DNA of 64,000 nt, taken from positions 1 through 64,000 of the forward strand of contig QPGO01000227.1 of the NCBI GenBank assembly GCA_008632985.1. Reading direction: 5' to 3'. The translations under genes were made by a program, and so were the position numbers. Origin of the DNA: Psammoneis japonica. Taxonomy: Eukaryota. The notes under the pieces are model-generated. The model searched no databases and was not told the origin of the DNA. It was given only the letters and a program-made list of their open reading frames with translations. How positions within the stretch are numbered: the stretch's first letter is position 1; every line of letters begins with the position of its first letter. Shown piece by piece: positions 47,550 through 58,699 of the stretch.

Positions 47550-49364
47550 ATGATCGATACTACTACTGCTGGATCGAACCCCCAGGCGGCCAACGCCAAT
47601 AGCCACGTCGAATCCTGGACACCGGAATCGTTCGTGATCCCGGGAAAAATCAAGGAAGATCCGTCGATCCAGGAGATTAACCTCATGGATTTTATTGGCA
47701 AGCAGTCAAAAATGGCGAAAAACCTAAAGAGCTCTAAAGGACTGGAGTGGAAAGCGTTCGGATACCACAAGCCGCAGCTCTTTCCCGTTTCTCAGTCTCG
47801 CGACGAGATTAAAAGATATCTGTTCAACAAGGCCACCGAATCCGGGTTCAAGCTGCGTATAAGTAGCAAGGGCTACGATCGGGGGAGTTGGAAATTCGAG
47901 TGCCCTCACGAGCAGTGTAGATTCCATTTTATTTTGAGGTACGATAAAGCGACTAAACAGTGGTACTTCAACACAGGATCGGGCTTTCCCACACATACCA
48001 ATTACTGTCCTTGCCCACCGACGACGGTCGAGAATCCTTCGGCAACTGGGGCTTTAACTCGATACGAATCCAGACAGAATTTGATACAAGGTATAAATGA
48101 GTCTGCGGAACGTGAAGTGAGAGACTACATTGCTGCTATCGGTGAAGAGAACTTACCGATCAACGACGACATCTCTCACGACTCTGAGCCTCTACAAATT
48201 GACATTGGCATTGTTGTGTTGAACGACTATCTGACCCCGACGGAAGAAGACTTTACCACAGCTCCGTTAGATAATTTTGGTGATGAGCTCGACTGCAGCG
48301 TTGATCGTAACATGGAAGTCGACGGTGAAGAGAACTTCCGAATCAACGACGACGACCTTCAAAGCCTACGTTACGACCACGCGATCGAAGAGATCGTATT
48401 GGAAGAAGAGAGGGACGACCTCTCAGAGAATGAAGTCGAAGTAGCTACCGATCATAGTGACAACGGGTCCTTTAACAAGCTACAACTCGTATGGTACAAA
48501 ACGGAGGACACCTCCCAACCAGACGCGCAGAAAGAGATATCAGACGCCATTGCAAAAGCAAATATAAGCGAGGCGTTACTCTTGATTAAAAATCCCCTGC
48601 TTTATTTGCCTTGGAACAAAAACAACGACTACATTGAAAGCCGCTGGCGTATCGCCAACATACAGGCGTCCGCTGGAATGTATGATCTTGCAGCCCAGGT
48701 GATCGATCGTTGCCTTGAAGACCTTGCCCGCCGTGACGACATTGACGCTTGCAAGTTCAAACTCCGTCTTCTCGTTGTTCAGGGACTTATCTTGAAAAAC
48801 CAACGTCATTGTAACCTTGCAAACAAAAGTCTCTCGGAAGCTTCGAACAACTACCTAACGGTCGCCTATGTTGGCGGCGCCAGCCCTGATTGTGATGAAC
48901 ATTACTCAACCGTTCTTGAGTATATTGGCCTTATTCACCTCGAGAAAGAAGAATATGACAAAGCAATGGATCGAATCGAGCAAGCCCGCAAAATGCATGA
49001 AGGACGCAGGGATCTCAAAGCGGTGTTGGTCTCGGATGGTAACATTGCTTATTGCGAATACCGAAGAGGTCGGTATCCAAACGCTATCAGACGATACAGA
49101 GAGGCCATTGATAAGTTCAAAGCGAACGTGTCCGACGAAACAAGTTTGTCGCTTGCGCTGCTCAATGAGAATCTAGCGCTCGCGTATCACCGAAACTACG
49201 AATACACCAATGCAAAACATTTCTATGACATTTCGATCGGAATACGGCAATGCCATCGTGGCGTGAATGAGAAGCGGCTTCAGCAGGTCCGCGAGTTCAG
49301 AGCAAGGGCGGAGAAGTGTGATTCACTTCCTCTCCAATCATCGCTTACGATACTGTTTTCGTAG
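47550..49364 (+). CDS. TPR-repeat protein with N-terminal WRKY/FAR1-like Zn finger
   Basis: Intact ORF with normal composition. N-terminal motif GFKLR...FECPHEQCRFHFILRYD...WYF...HT. C-terminal TPR-like helices (IGLIHLEKEEYDKAM, NIAYCEYRRGRYPNAI, NLALAYHRNYEYTNAK). Confidence 0.75.
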   Translation: MIDTTTAGSNPQAANANSHVESWTPESFVIPGKIKEDPSIQEINLMDFIGKQSKMAKNLKSSKGLEWKAFGYHKPQLFPVSQSRDEIKRYLFNKATESGFKLRISSKGYDRGSWKFECPHEQCRFHFILRYDKATKQWYFNTGSGFPTHTNYCPCPPTTVENPSATGALTRYESRQNLIQGINESAEREVRDYIAAIGEENLPINDDISHDSEPLQIDIGIVVLNDYLTPTEEDFTTAPLDNFGDELDCSVDRNMEVDGEENFRINDDDLQSLRYDHAIEEIVLEEERDDLSENEVEVATDHSDNGSFNKLQLVWYKTEDTSQPDAQKEISDAIAKANISEALLLIKNPLLYLPWNKNNDYIESRWRIANIQASAGMYDLAAQVIDRCLEDLARRDDIDACKFKLRLLVVQGLILKNQRHCNLANKSLSEASNNYLTVAYVGGASPDCDEHYSTVLEYIGLIHLEKEEYDKAMDRIEQARKMHEGRRDLKAVLVSDGNIAYCEYRRGRYPNAIRRYREAIDKFKANVSDETSLSLALLNENLALAYHRNYEYTNAKHFYDISIGIRQCHRGVNEKRLQQVREFRARAEKCDSLPLQSSLTILFS

Positions 49365-49671
49365 AGAAATTTCCACTGATACGAACGATTACTTGGGTTT
49401 GGGACATAGTAGCGCTGACTGGTAGCAATAAGTTCCGGCGCTTTTTGTATCCCAGTCAGGTAGCGACGGCCAGTAGCAAAGTCGTTCGTGGACATACTGT
49501 AGCACTCACATTCCGTTACGAACAGAGATAGTAAGTTTGTTTTATTGTGCAAAACAGTCTGGAAACAGCTTGTCGGTGTATCCCATTGTGACTCTTTGCC
49601 GTCTTTTTCTTTGACTGACTCGACGCTTAGCCAGACGACCATTTATTCCCACCCACATCAAGATCCGTAAG

Positions 49672-49923
49672 ATGACCAATCTCACGTTTGAAGACTTTAT
49701 CAAGCTGCTTCCTGACCCTCTAAGGACTTGGACTGAACAGATCGTTGTGCTTGGCAAGATTTACGTCGAAGTCGCCCACTTTGAGAAAGGACAGTTCAAA
49801 AAGAAGACCTTAGAGTATCAGAGGGCTGGTATGAAAGAAGAGGAAGCATTGTTTCGAGCCATGTACGACTTGAACATGATTGATCATGACGCTTTGGACA
49901 TTGGTCTAGAAAGCTGCAAGTAG
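49672..49923 (+). CDS. Small hypothetical protein
   Basis: 83-aa ATG-initiated ORF with protein-like composition in the unmutated island. Confidence 0.4.
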   Translation: MTNLTFEDFIKLLPDPLRTWTEQIVVLGKIYVEVAHFEKGQFKKKTLEYQRAGMKEEEALFRAMYDLNMIDHDALDIGLESCK

Positions 49924-50102
49924 TGATTGTAGTAGGTCATACGTTAGTGGTATGGTAGGATAACAAGATAGTACGAGCGATTTACATGATGTCAAGGTTC
50001 AAGGTTCGGGCTACAAGCAAACAGTACGATGAATGTGCGGTCCGTCATCACAAGAAGAACAGCACATGCTATTACAACCAACATTTTATTGATTATTGGT
50101 TC

Positions 50103-50684
50103 CTACGGTTTGCTTGTATCCTTTGTCACGGTTTGGTAAAAGTCTAGCAACCACTTTCGGTGCTCGTTTCTGAGTTTGACATTCAACCGGCCCGATGACA
50201 CCATTTCTTCGGCTTCTCGGGGGCTTGCTCCATGGTACTTGATCAGCCATGCTATGACCATTACTGGGGATCGGTGCATACCCCCACTGCAGTGTACCAA
50301 TATTCGTTTCCCCTGCAATCGCTTCGACTCAATAAAGTAAGCGCAAGTACTCAAGACAGCTCCAGTTTCCGACTCTTCCGGTAGGCTACCAACCTTGTCG
50401 GAGATGAAGAGCTTCAGGTAGTCATCTTCTTGGACCAATTGAGATGGACGAGAGCTGCCATCAACATTCCCGACATTGACAATAGCATTTATCTTGTGTT
50501 TTGACAGTGTTTGTTTGTCCTTGGCGGCAAAAGAATTTCCAACAAACACACTCGATATTATCTCGTTAATGCAGCCCGAAAGTTTCTCACGGGCAAGTTT
50601 TCGGCTTCCCTTGGAGCCGTTGGAGACGGCAAGCTGCCTTTCCGCTGTCACTTTTCGCAATTCTTCCAGAAGGTCTGAAGACAT
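50103..50684 (-). CDS. Dual-specificity protein phosphatase
   Basis: VFVGN...INAIVNV, ISD, and the catalytic motif ILVHCSGGMHRS (CX5R), followed by VIAWLIK. Confidence 0.93.
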   Translation of the reverse strand: MSSDLLEELRKVTAERQLAVSNGSKGSRKLAREKLSGCINEIISSVFVGNSFAAKDKQTLSKHKINAIVNVGNVDGSSRPSQLVQEDDYLKLFISDKVGSLPEESETGAVLSTCAYFIESKRLQGKRILVHCSGGMHRSPVMVIAWLIKYHGASPREAEEMVSSGRLNVKLRNEHRKWLLDFYQTVTKDTSKP

Positions 50685-51220
50685 GGTGATATTTTTTGCG
50701 CTTTTTGGGCTTGCGTCTCATTCTGAATCTCTCAGTTCTCAGTCGTGCTTCGAATGAAATCATACCCGCGTGTACCGTAGTGGATATGGTACAGTATCGT
50801 CCGTCGCCCGCGGCGTCATCGCGTCGCTTCCCGCACTCGCTTTCAATAACTTCCAACTCCAACTATTGTGGAACTTTCGAACTCCAGAACTTATTCAACG
50901 CGCCCATCGCCCATGCTCCACGACGGCGGCCATCGCTGAGACGTCTCGTTGTCTTTTCTTTTTCTTTCGATATTCTTTACACTTCTAATAGAGAAGTGTG
51001 TGAAAGTGATGGGTTGTCGAAAGCTTGAAAACGAAAAATACGTGACAATGAGCGATGAAAAGACGAAGACGTTTCAAAAGACAACGAGAAAGCAAGCTGT
51101 TTCAATATGATTCGACTCTACTGGTTATTCTTTCCTAAATATTCTGTTCGCCCTTGGCTGCTGCTGCATAATGACTCACTTGCACTTGACCCAGAGACCG
51201 AACTCCAAGATGGCGACTGA

Positions 51221-51517
51221 CTACTTGGTCTCGACAACGTACCTGTCGCCGTCCTTCTTGATGATGAACTTGATCGGGGTGTTGTTCACCCACTGGTTCT
51301 TGTAGGCCACTTCCTCTCCCTTGACCTTGAAATGAAAGATATGGTGGCTCTTCCCCCCATATTTACCAAGGTGAGCTTGACCGTGGGGGGCAATGGTGGT
51401 TCCCTCGACATCCACGGGTTCATTGACCTGACTCGTGGCGGTGACGTCGAACTTGGTAAGATCGGAAACAGCCTCGCCTGCCTTGTTGACGGAGTCCTTG
51501 ATGTTGTCGAAAAACAT
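51221..51517 (-). CDS. Small hypothetical protein (98 aa)
   Basis: ATG in an AACCATG context, strongly C-ending codon usage and a clean ORF. Confidence 0.7.
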   Translation of the reverse strand: MFFDNIKDSVNKAGEAVSDLTKFDVTATSQVNEPVDVEGTTIAPHGQAHLGKYGGKSHHIFHFKVKGEEVAYKNQWVNNTPIKFIIKKDGDRYVVETK

Positions 51518-51767
51518 GGTTTCAATGATGAGATTTTGTTTTGGATTTCTGCTTGGATGTTTTTGTGAAGAGTGTTTGGGGGAAAACGAGACCTGCAAGT
51601 GGCGAACGACTACCTAGTAGCGAGAGAGTAGCGCCTCCCGAGTAGCGAAGGAAGGTAGCGAACAAGTGGCGCTGCCAAGTCGCGAATGGCAAGTAGCAAA
51701 CAAGCGACATGTCATGTCAATGGCTCACAATTTGGTTCATTGAGTTTTTTCCTGATTATCCAGCATC

Positions 51768-53009
51768 ATGACTTTGCTGTCCGTCTACGTGTTTTACCGC
51801 ATCACTGCTGCCTACGACTCAAAGTCCCTTGCCGCAATCCCTGCCAAAACGATACAGCGCTACGTGCAGATTACAAGGGAGGTTACCCAGCAAAGTGACA
51901 ATGTCTGTGCCCATCTTGGCGGTTTCTATGCCCCTGACTCGACGTCTTCGTCGTCTACCGGGGTGACCATCCGGTATTTGACCGACTTGCCTGCCAGTTC
52001 GCCACGACTTTACGTCGATCTGGTCGATGGCCACGCCTTTGTCGAGGAAGGAAAGGAATCCTGGATGCAACGAGTGGATTTAGTGCGTCGAGCTGGCTAC
52101 ATGTTGGGCGGCGTTGGTGAAATCGCGGCAGGATGCATGCTGGAGGATTCCTTTCCCGAAATAGTCGGCGTCCAACGCGGTTTGGGAGGTGGCTTGCGAA
52201 ACGAAGGGGCGAAAGCCATGTTTACTGGGTTGCTTGCTCCTAAAGAAGAGCTTTCATGCGCAAACTTTGGTGCTGGCCTTGCTGGAGCGGCTGCTGAGGA
52301 AGGGATCCGCTATTCCTACTACGGAGAGAACCGCACGGCGTTCGGCAGGATTGTCGAAGGGACGGTTGCTGGTGGTGCCAATCGTGGCGTCCAAGCTGTC
52401 ACCAAAGATCTCATTTCTCAGCATGAAATATCACCCATGCGTGTCTACACGATTGTCTTGGAAGGGTCTTTGATGGGATGCTTCAATGCGCTTGTCTACG
52501 AGGTTGAGCAGATGCGAGACAGTGCTGACAAGGATGAGGACAAAGACGAGCAGAGGAAAGGCGATGAGAAAGAAGACAACGAAACGCGTTCCGCCGACGG
52601 CAAGTCCACGGGTCTTTGGGGCTGGCTGTCATTGCGTCTTGCTAGGAGCACCATCGATGAGAATGGTGGAAACGAATCCGGGGAAGCCCAAGGCACGACA
52701 CAGCCTCCCCCCTCCTTTTGGAGCTGGCCTTCGTTCTTGAATGGTAGAGAAGGCATCATCCACACGGACACTCCAGGCGGCAACGAAACTGGGGATGCCC
52801 AAGACGCGTTCACTTCTTTATGGAGTTGGGTGTGGCTGTCGATTCTTTCAGGTGGTGCAAAGGCGAAAGTTCTGATTCGTGATGTGTTCTGGGCGAGTCT
52901 TCGCGGGGGCATGAGGAAGGGCACGGAGCAGTGGTGCGAAGATCGTGCAAAGGCGATCACGATCGCGCTGTTTGATTCTTTGTTTGGGACGAAGGTAAAA
53001 ACTGCTTGA
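51768..53009 (+). CDS. Hypothetical protein (Gly/Ala-rich helical region)
   Basis: 413-aa intact ORF with normal composition. No family recognised. Confidence 0.65.
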   Translation: MTLLSVYVFYRITAAYDSKSLAAIPAKTIQRYVQITREVTQQSDNVCAHLGGFYAPDSTSSSSTGVTIRYLTDLPASSPRLYVDLVDGHAFVEEGKESWMQRVDLVRRAGYMLGGVGEIAAGCMLEDSFPEIVGVQRGLGGGLRNEGAKAMFTGLLAPKEELSCANFGAGLAGAAAEEGIRYSYYGENRTAFGRIVEGTVAGGANRGVQAVTKDLISQHEISPMRVYTIVLEGSLMGCFNALVYEVEQMRDSADKDEDKDEQRKGDEKEDNETRSADGKSTGLWGWLSLRLARSTIDENGGNESGEAQGTTQPPPSFWSWPSFLNGREGIIHTDTPGGNETGDAQDAFTSLWSWVWLSILSGGAKAKVLIRDVFWASLRGGMRKGTEQWCEDRAKAITIALFDSLFGTKVKTA

Positions 53010-55549
53010 ATCTGTCGAGTTATGTAGTTGTCTTATGCATCAGGCTACCAGCGTCCACACCAGCAAAATTGAACTAGATTAGGGCTAAAATTTGTCCCCC
53101 ACTCACAAACAATTGCATACAGCTGTGTTTGATCTGCATTACGTTGGCCGGTTTTTAGTGTACCGCGAATAATAATCACGAAGATGTCTACACAAAAGAT
53201 GCTCTAGACATCAACTTTGCCAGCACGTGCACAAGCTGTGAAAATCATCAGTCCTAACTTGATTTAAGGTGGCCATTTATGATGTGCCAAGCACGTTCGA
53301 AAGAGCATCGCATGAAAACGCGATGTCACGCGACTAGCAGCATTGCCCACTGGTCTTGTCACGTGTTTGGGAAAATGCATGCTGGCATGCAATGTGCATT
53401 TGTGCTGGGCAGGTGCAGCATGCGCAAAAGTTTTGGGGGGACAGCAACCATTTTTGTTCTTGTCTGATCCTTTGTCCACCAGGAGAGCATCAAGCACATC
53501 TGCGTGCAGTTCTCCATGCATTTTGTTGGTCCTCATGCTGGTCCTGATGGTTGCATGTGCTCATTGCATGCTGGCCATTTCAACTGGATCTATTGCAGTG
53601 GATTGGTTGCACAACAGGCACCAAGGATTTTCACCATGCAGCCATCAAGCAGTGCCATTGAGCCAGCCTCCAGAACTGGCCACCATAAGTGGATGTCAAT
53701 GAGTTCCATCTCATGAAGCATGCTCAGCTCTTAATTTCTTTTGGGGTTGCAGTCAGAGGATGTTGCAATGATTTGTGGGATTTGGCATGTCTTGTGAAGA
53801 ACTTTGGTGCAGCAAGGCAGTTCCATCATCTCAAGGACCTTGATGACAGGAATGCATTCATGGACACATCAACAAGGGAGTGTGGACTTGCCCACCTGGG
53901 GGAATCTTGCAAGGGGTCTCATTTTGTGTGACAGCATTTGGGAAAACCCATGCAGATGTTGCTGCAAAGAAATGCTTTGTGCACAGATGGTGGCATTTGT
54001 TCCAGTTGATTGGAAAGGAGAACATTCCCAGCATCAAGCAATGTGGCCATTGTGTTTGAGAGCCAATCAACTGTTGTTCTTTTGCAAACGGTGGCATTGA
54101 AAATGGGCTGCCAGCTGCAAAGGATTTGTGCCAATCTCCCTCTTTTGTTTTTTTTTGTTTTTGGACACAAGCCATTGTCAAGCAATGATGCTCCAGCTGT
54201 GGTGGTGAATGTTGCTTGCTCCAGTTTTGAAACTTGTTGATGTCACACTGTGATGCAATTTCACAATGTCAGATCCATTCCACCCCAAAGGGATGATGTC
54301 ACCATTGCAATGTCACAATTTGTGACCTGGCCTGTCTGTGCTAAACTCTGAAATGGGCATTTGTGCTGTCTCACATTGTGCATTTTCTGTCTTGGCTTGG
54401 CTGCACAACAACTGGCAACAGTGCACTGTTTTGCTGTTCATTGGACCATCCTGTTGTCCCCGCTTCTGTCAAATTTGTCACTGTTGGATGTTGCGCCAGC
54501 CACCATTCCTGCAATCTCACGCTTCTGTCTTTTGTTTCTTCTGGAGATGCCCCCGCTCTGCAAGTGTTGGTCACTGCAAGCAATGCAATGTGTCACCCCA
54601 CAGCACCCGTTGCTTTTTGCATTGCACATGCAACCTGCTCATGCAACCTGCTCTGTGGCAATTCTCCATCCTTTTGGTTCTTGTGACATGGACACCTTTT
54701 TTGTGTGGCACATCACAATGCAGTGTGTCATGTTTTGGGCACAATGCACCACTTGTGGTCCAGCAGCGGCCATTGACGGTGTCACCGTGGCCACTCCCCA
54801 TGCCTGACATTGTCAAAGCAGCTCCTGCTCACTCTGTTGCAGAGTTTGCATCTTTTGCACCACTGCTGCAGCCCCTCCCTGTGCCTTGATGTGGGTTGAC
54901 AGTGCATTGCCGCAGCCCCCAACTCTGTGATTTGTGTCGTGCTCTGCAGCAGACTTCATTTTCCATGATTTTTGAATTTGCCACTTTGTTGTTTTTTTGC
55001 GAGCACATCCACCATCGCTGTTGGTTGTTGTGTCCTTTGCAGAGTGTCAGGCTTGCCATGACCAGCAAAATGCCAACAATCCACAAGCACTGGCTTTTGG
55101 GGGCAGCTGAACCCTGTTGTCCAGAGATTTTGGGTCACAGCACATTGAGTGGCACACCCCCTTCCTTGGAGGCACCACTTTCAGTCTTGCCGGGGAGCAA
55201 CCCCTTGGCTCTTGCAAGCCATCTTACAGAAAAAAAATTGCCAAGGCGCCGCTGCAGTCAGCTGCCTTGGCACAGTTGTTGGCTTGCTTGCAATTGTCAG
55301 AGATGAGAGCAACCTCATCTGCCCTTCATGTCGTGACTTTTCCAAAAGTGCTGGATTGTGGATTAAAAGGAAAAAATGCTCTTCACCCTTGGACCACTCC
55401 AAATGGAATTGAATGTTGGCATCTGCTTGAGCCGCTCAGTTGTTGCACTCTGTTGCTGCTGGATTCCTCACACAATCTGCACTTGCTGTTCAACACAATC
55501 ATCTCTCCCATGCTTGCAGACTTGCCTTGGGTTGTTTGATTTCTTGTCT

Positions 55550-57035
55550 TGTGTTGACTGCGTCTCCACTTGCCTTGAAATCAAAAGAACAACTGTCATT
55601 GTTGGCATCACACAGCCAATGCACTGGCTCCTGACTGGGACGTGGTGCACAAAATTTTTTGACACTGAAAATTTTTCCAGGTCCTTCAGATGTGGAACAA
55701 GTCAACACAGTTGTGAACATGCAGTGGGTTGAAGGTCACCAGGACAATGACAGCCCGTGCAAGTCCTTGCCTCTCCCGGCACAATTGAACGTCCATGCTG
55801 ACCGGCTGGCAAGCACGTTTCAAGGCCAACACAATGGTGACACCCCACTTGTGCCTTGTCTCATTTCAAGGCCAACACAACGGTGACACCCCACTTGTGC
55901 CTTGTCTTCCCAACTGTTCCACAATGATGATTGCACAAGAAGCATCTGTGACTTCAAGAAATTCAAATCAGTGCTTTGCTGTGAAGCATCCAGTCCGGCC
56001 TTGACAGAACACATGAAGGAAAAGTGCGGGTGGACTGATGCGGTGTGCTCTTCAATGGACTGGCAAGTTCATTCCAAATTGATGTCCAGAAAGATCCGGC
56101 GTAAGCTGAGCACAGTGAAACTTGTGAAAGATCCATTGCCGATCAACAAGATTGTCCACTGCTGCAACCCGACTTGTCCTGACTGTTGCACAAACTGCCA
56201 ACATCTGCTCAAAGACACAGATCACATTTTGCATTGCAAACATGATGAGTCTTGGTGGCGTTTCTCCATGGCTTGCAGAAAAAGTGTGATGACACACACA
56301 TTGCCGTCACTCTGGGATCTGTTGCTGCATGCTCTCAAGGGTTGGTTTCATGATGAGTTGCTGCATTCTGCGAACCTCCATTGGAGCACTGTGTTGGTGT
56401 TTCAAGCTCAAGATGAAATTGGTTGGAGACAGATTTTCAATGGGCGTTTCTCGTTGTTGTGCAACAAAGCTCAAGCATTGCACTTGTCGTCAACTGGTTT
56501 GTTGGTTTGCATCACTCCTTGCTGGATGCGGATGGGTGCTCAGATTGGGCCACTGCAATTGGTGGTTTTGTGTGGTGTCAATGGTGGGAACTCTGGGACA
56601 GCCATGATGACGCTGCACATGGGCACAATTCAGAAACAAGAAAGTCCTCACAGCACCGTGACACTGAGGCAGAAGTGCAAGCCATCTGTTCCAAGGCAGA
56701 TGACTGTTTTTGACTTGTGATTGATCCAAGTTGCTTGATTCAGTGGAGGAGCATCTCACTCATTCAACCCACAGATTGCGCAATTGGTTGGCTGTGGTTC
56801 GGCCAATGTTCAAGTCCAGCATCCGCAAAGCCCGGCGTCTGGCAGTGAGGGGCACTTGCACCATTGCAAGTTGTTTTGGCATGGCATCACCTCAGGGTGA
56901 TGCTGATTCAGGCCAGTTGTTGCATGCTTGTGCTGCACCTGGTGCACTGGGAGTGTGGGTTGGCTTGTTGCCCTGGAGTTGCAGGGTGGAAGCACAGCAG
57001 CACTTAAAATTAGAGACTTTGGGTTTTGTTTTGGT
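55550..57035 (+). mobile_element. LINE 3' fragment (RNase H end, CCHC knuckle, 3' tail)
   Basis: Motifs WVEGHQD...AQLNVHADRLA, CTNC..LKDTDHILHC and QDEIGWRQIFNGRFS. The tail is homologous to 31790-32660. The 5' limit is uncertain and may extend to about 54.4 kb. Confidence 0.78.
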
Positions 57036-58699
57036 TCCTCACAGAATCACAAGAAATCACGCACTCCCACGGGTGCTCTCATGACGTGATTTCCATGTGA
57101 TTCCAGTGATTTTGCACGGCTGCTGTGTGATTGCTTGACAGGGACCCCCCACAAGTCTGCATGTTGTCCATGCTGCTTCTGCTCTGTGACAAACACGCTG
57201 CATTTTTTCATCACAAAAACATCAAACCAACAATGAACATTGCAAAGGCCCCACATGGCTTCTCATCACTGGCTTTCTGGCTGGGTTGTGGTGCGCATGG
57301 ATGGACAGTGACCTCATGCTGATGCTGAAGGCACTGCAACGTGGTGGCTTTCCAGGACTCCATGAGGATGACATGTCATCTGCTCTCCGAGTTGCCTCAA
57401 ATTCACTTGCCCTCCAATCAGATGACTGCCAAGGCAAGTGCCAATGTGCTGTTGCTCTGACACAGGTGAAGTGCTCCAGCACCATTGCTGTGAAGCACAG
57501 GAGTTTGAAGGGTGTCTTCATCAAAGAGTCAGGAGCAAATGTTTCCTGAGAAACACGAGGGAAAAGGACGGCATGGCAGCAGTGGAGACCATTCGGACAT
57601 TGTCAGAAGCTGGCTGCTTGCACAAGGAGAACAATGGCAATGCTGCTCCCTGTGCTTCTGGCAATTTGGAAATGCAGCAAAGTGACTCAGAATCCAAGAC
57701 TGTTGATGATGGTGGATGCAAAGAATGGGGCAAGAAATTGGTCGACAATGATTGGTTGATTGATTTTGCAAATGAGCTGCAGCAGCATGCTTGAGAGCGG
57801 TTTCTCTGTGGGGAGTTGCTTGAGCATGGAAAGAACTGCAAACACATGATTTTAAGACACCAATGTGATGCTTTGCAGAGCATTGCCAATTGTCAATGAT
57901 CGGAATCAAGGCATCTGCGAAAATGCAACACACACACAACTGGCGACTGGCGTGTTGGGTGTTTCTCTCCATGCAGGAGTTGCTCGAGCACTGCAGCAAC
58001 CACTGCCATGGCACAAGACACCAACACAATGCTTTGCAGAGCATTTCCATTAGATGCAACCTAGAATCAAGAGTCACAGAATTAAAATCTAGAATCTAGA
58101 GTGATGACAAGTGGCTGCACATGAGTGCTCTCTGGCAAAAACAGCAGTGTGTCCAGTTGCAGTTGTCCCATTTCTGTCCATGTTTGAAAACCTTCTGCTG
58201 TTGATCCTTTTGATCAAACCTCACCAATGGGAGCAAAACAAATGATTTGTGGGAAAGTGTCAACAGCCGAAGAGTTGCAATGACCAAACAAACGTTTGCA
58301 AGATGCAAGACGTTGACGCAACAGCCACAACAAGCAAAGAACATTGACATTTTGCGACTTGCTCCTGGCACCAAAACTCTCGTTGTCTTCCATGCCAGCT
58401 CCACACATCATGCACCGGGATTGCATGCTTCTTTTTGTCAACTTTTTATTTCATTTGGCTGGGCTCAGACGAGTTTGGTGCATCGTTGCTTGGCAACGGT
58501 GACATTCAGAACCACGATTGTTGTTGTCGAAAAACACTTTCACCTGGCGATCCTTTTCACCAAACCTCGGAAACATGACAGCCAGAACAAGGTTGGCATG
58601 CAACACACTGAAACGGAAATTGTCGCGGTGACAACACGAGAAGGGTTGCGTTTCACTCGCAAAAAATGCTCCATCGGATGGTCGCACAGACTTGCAAAA

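Noticed and set aside
53260..55500. Decayed coding-like DNA (also 45130-46850 and 57120-58600)
   Set aside because: Too mutated to assign by eye, so it is left unannotated.
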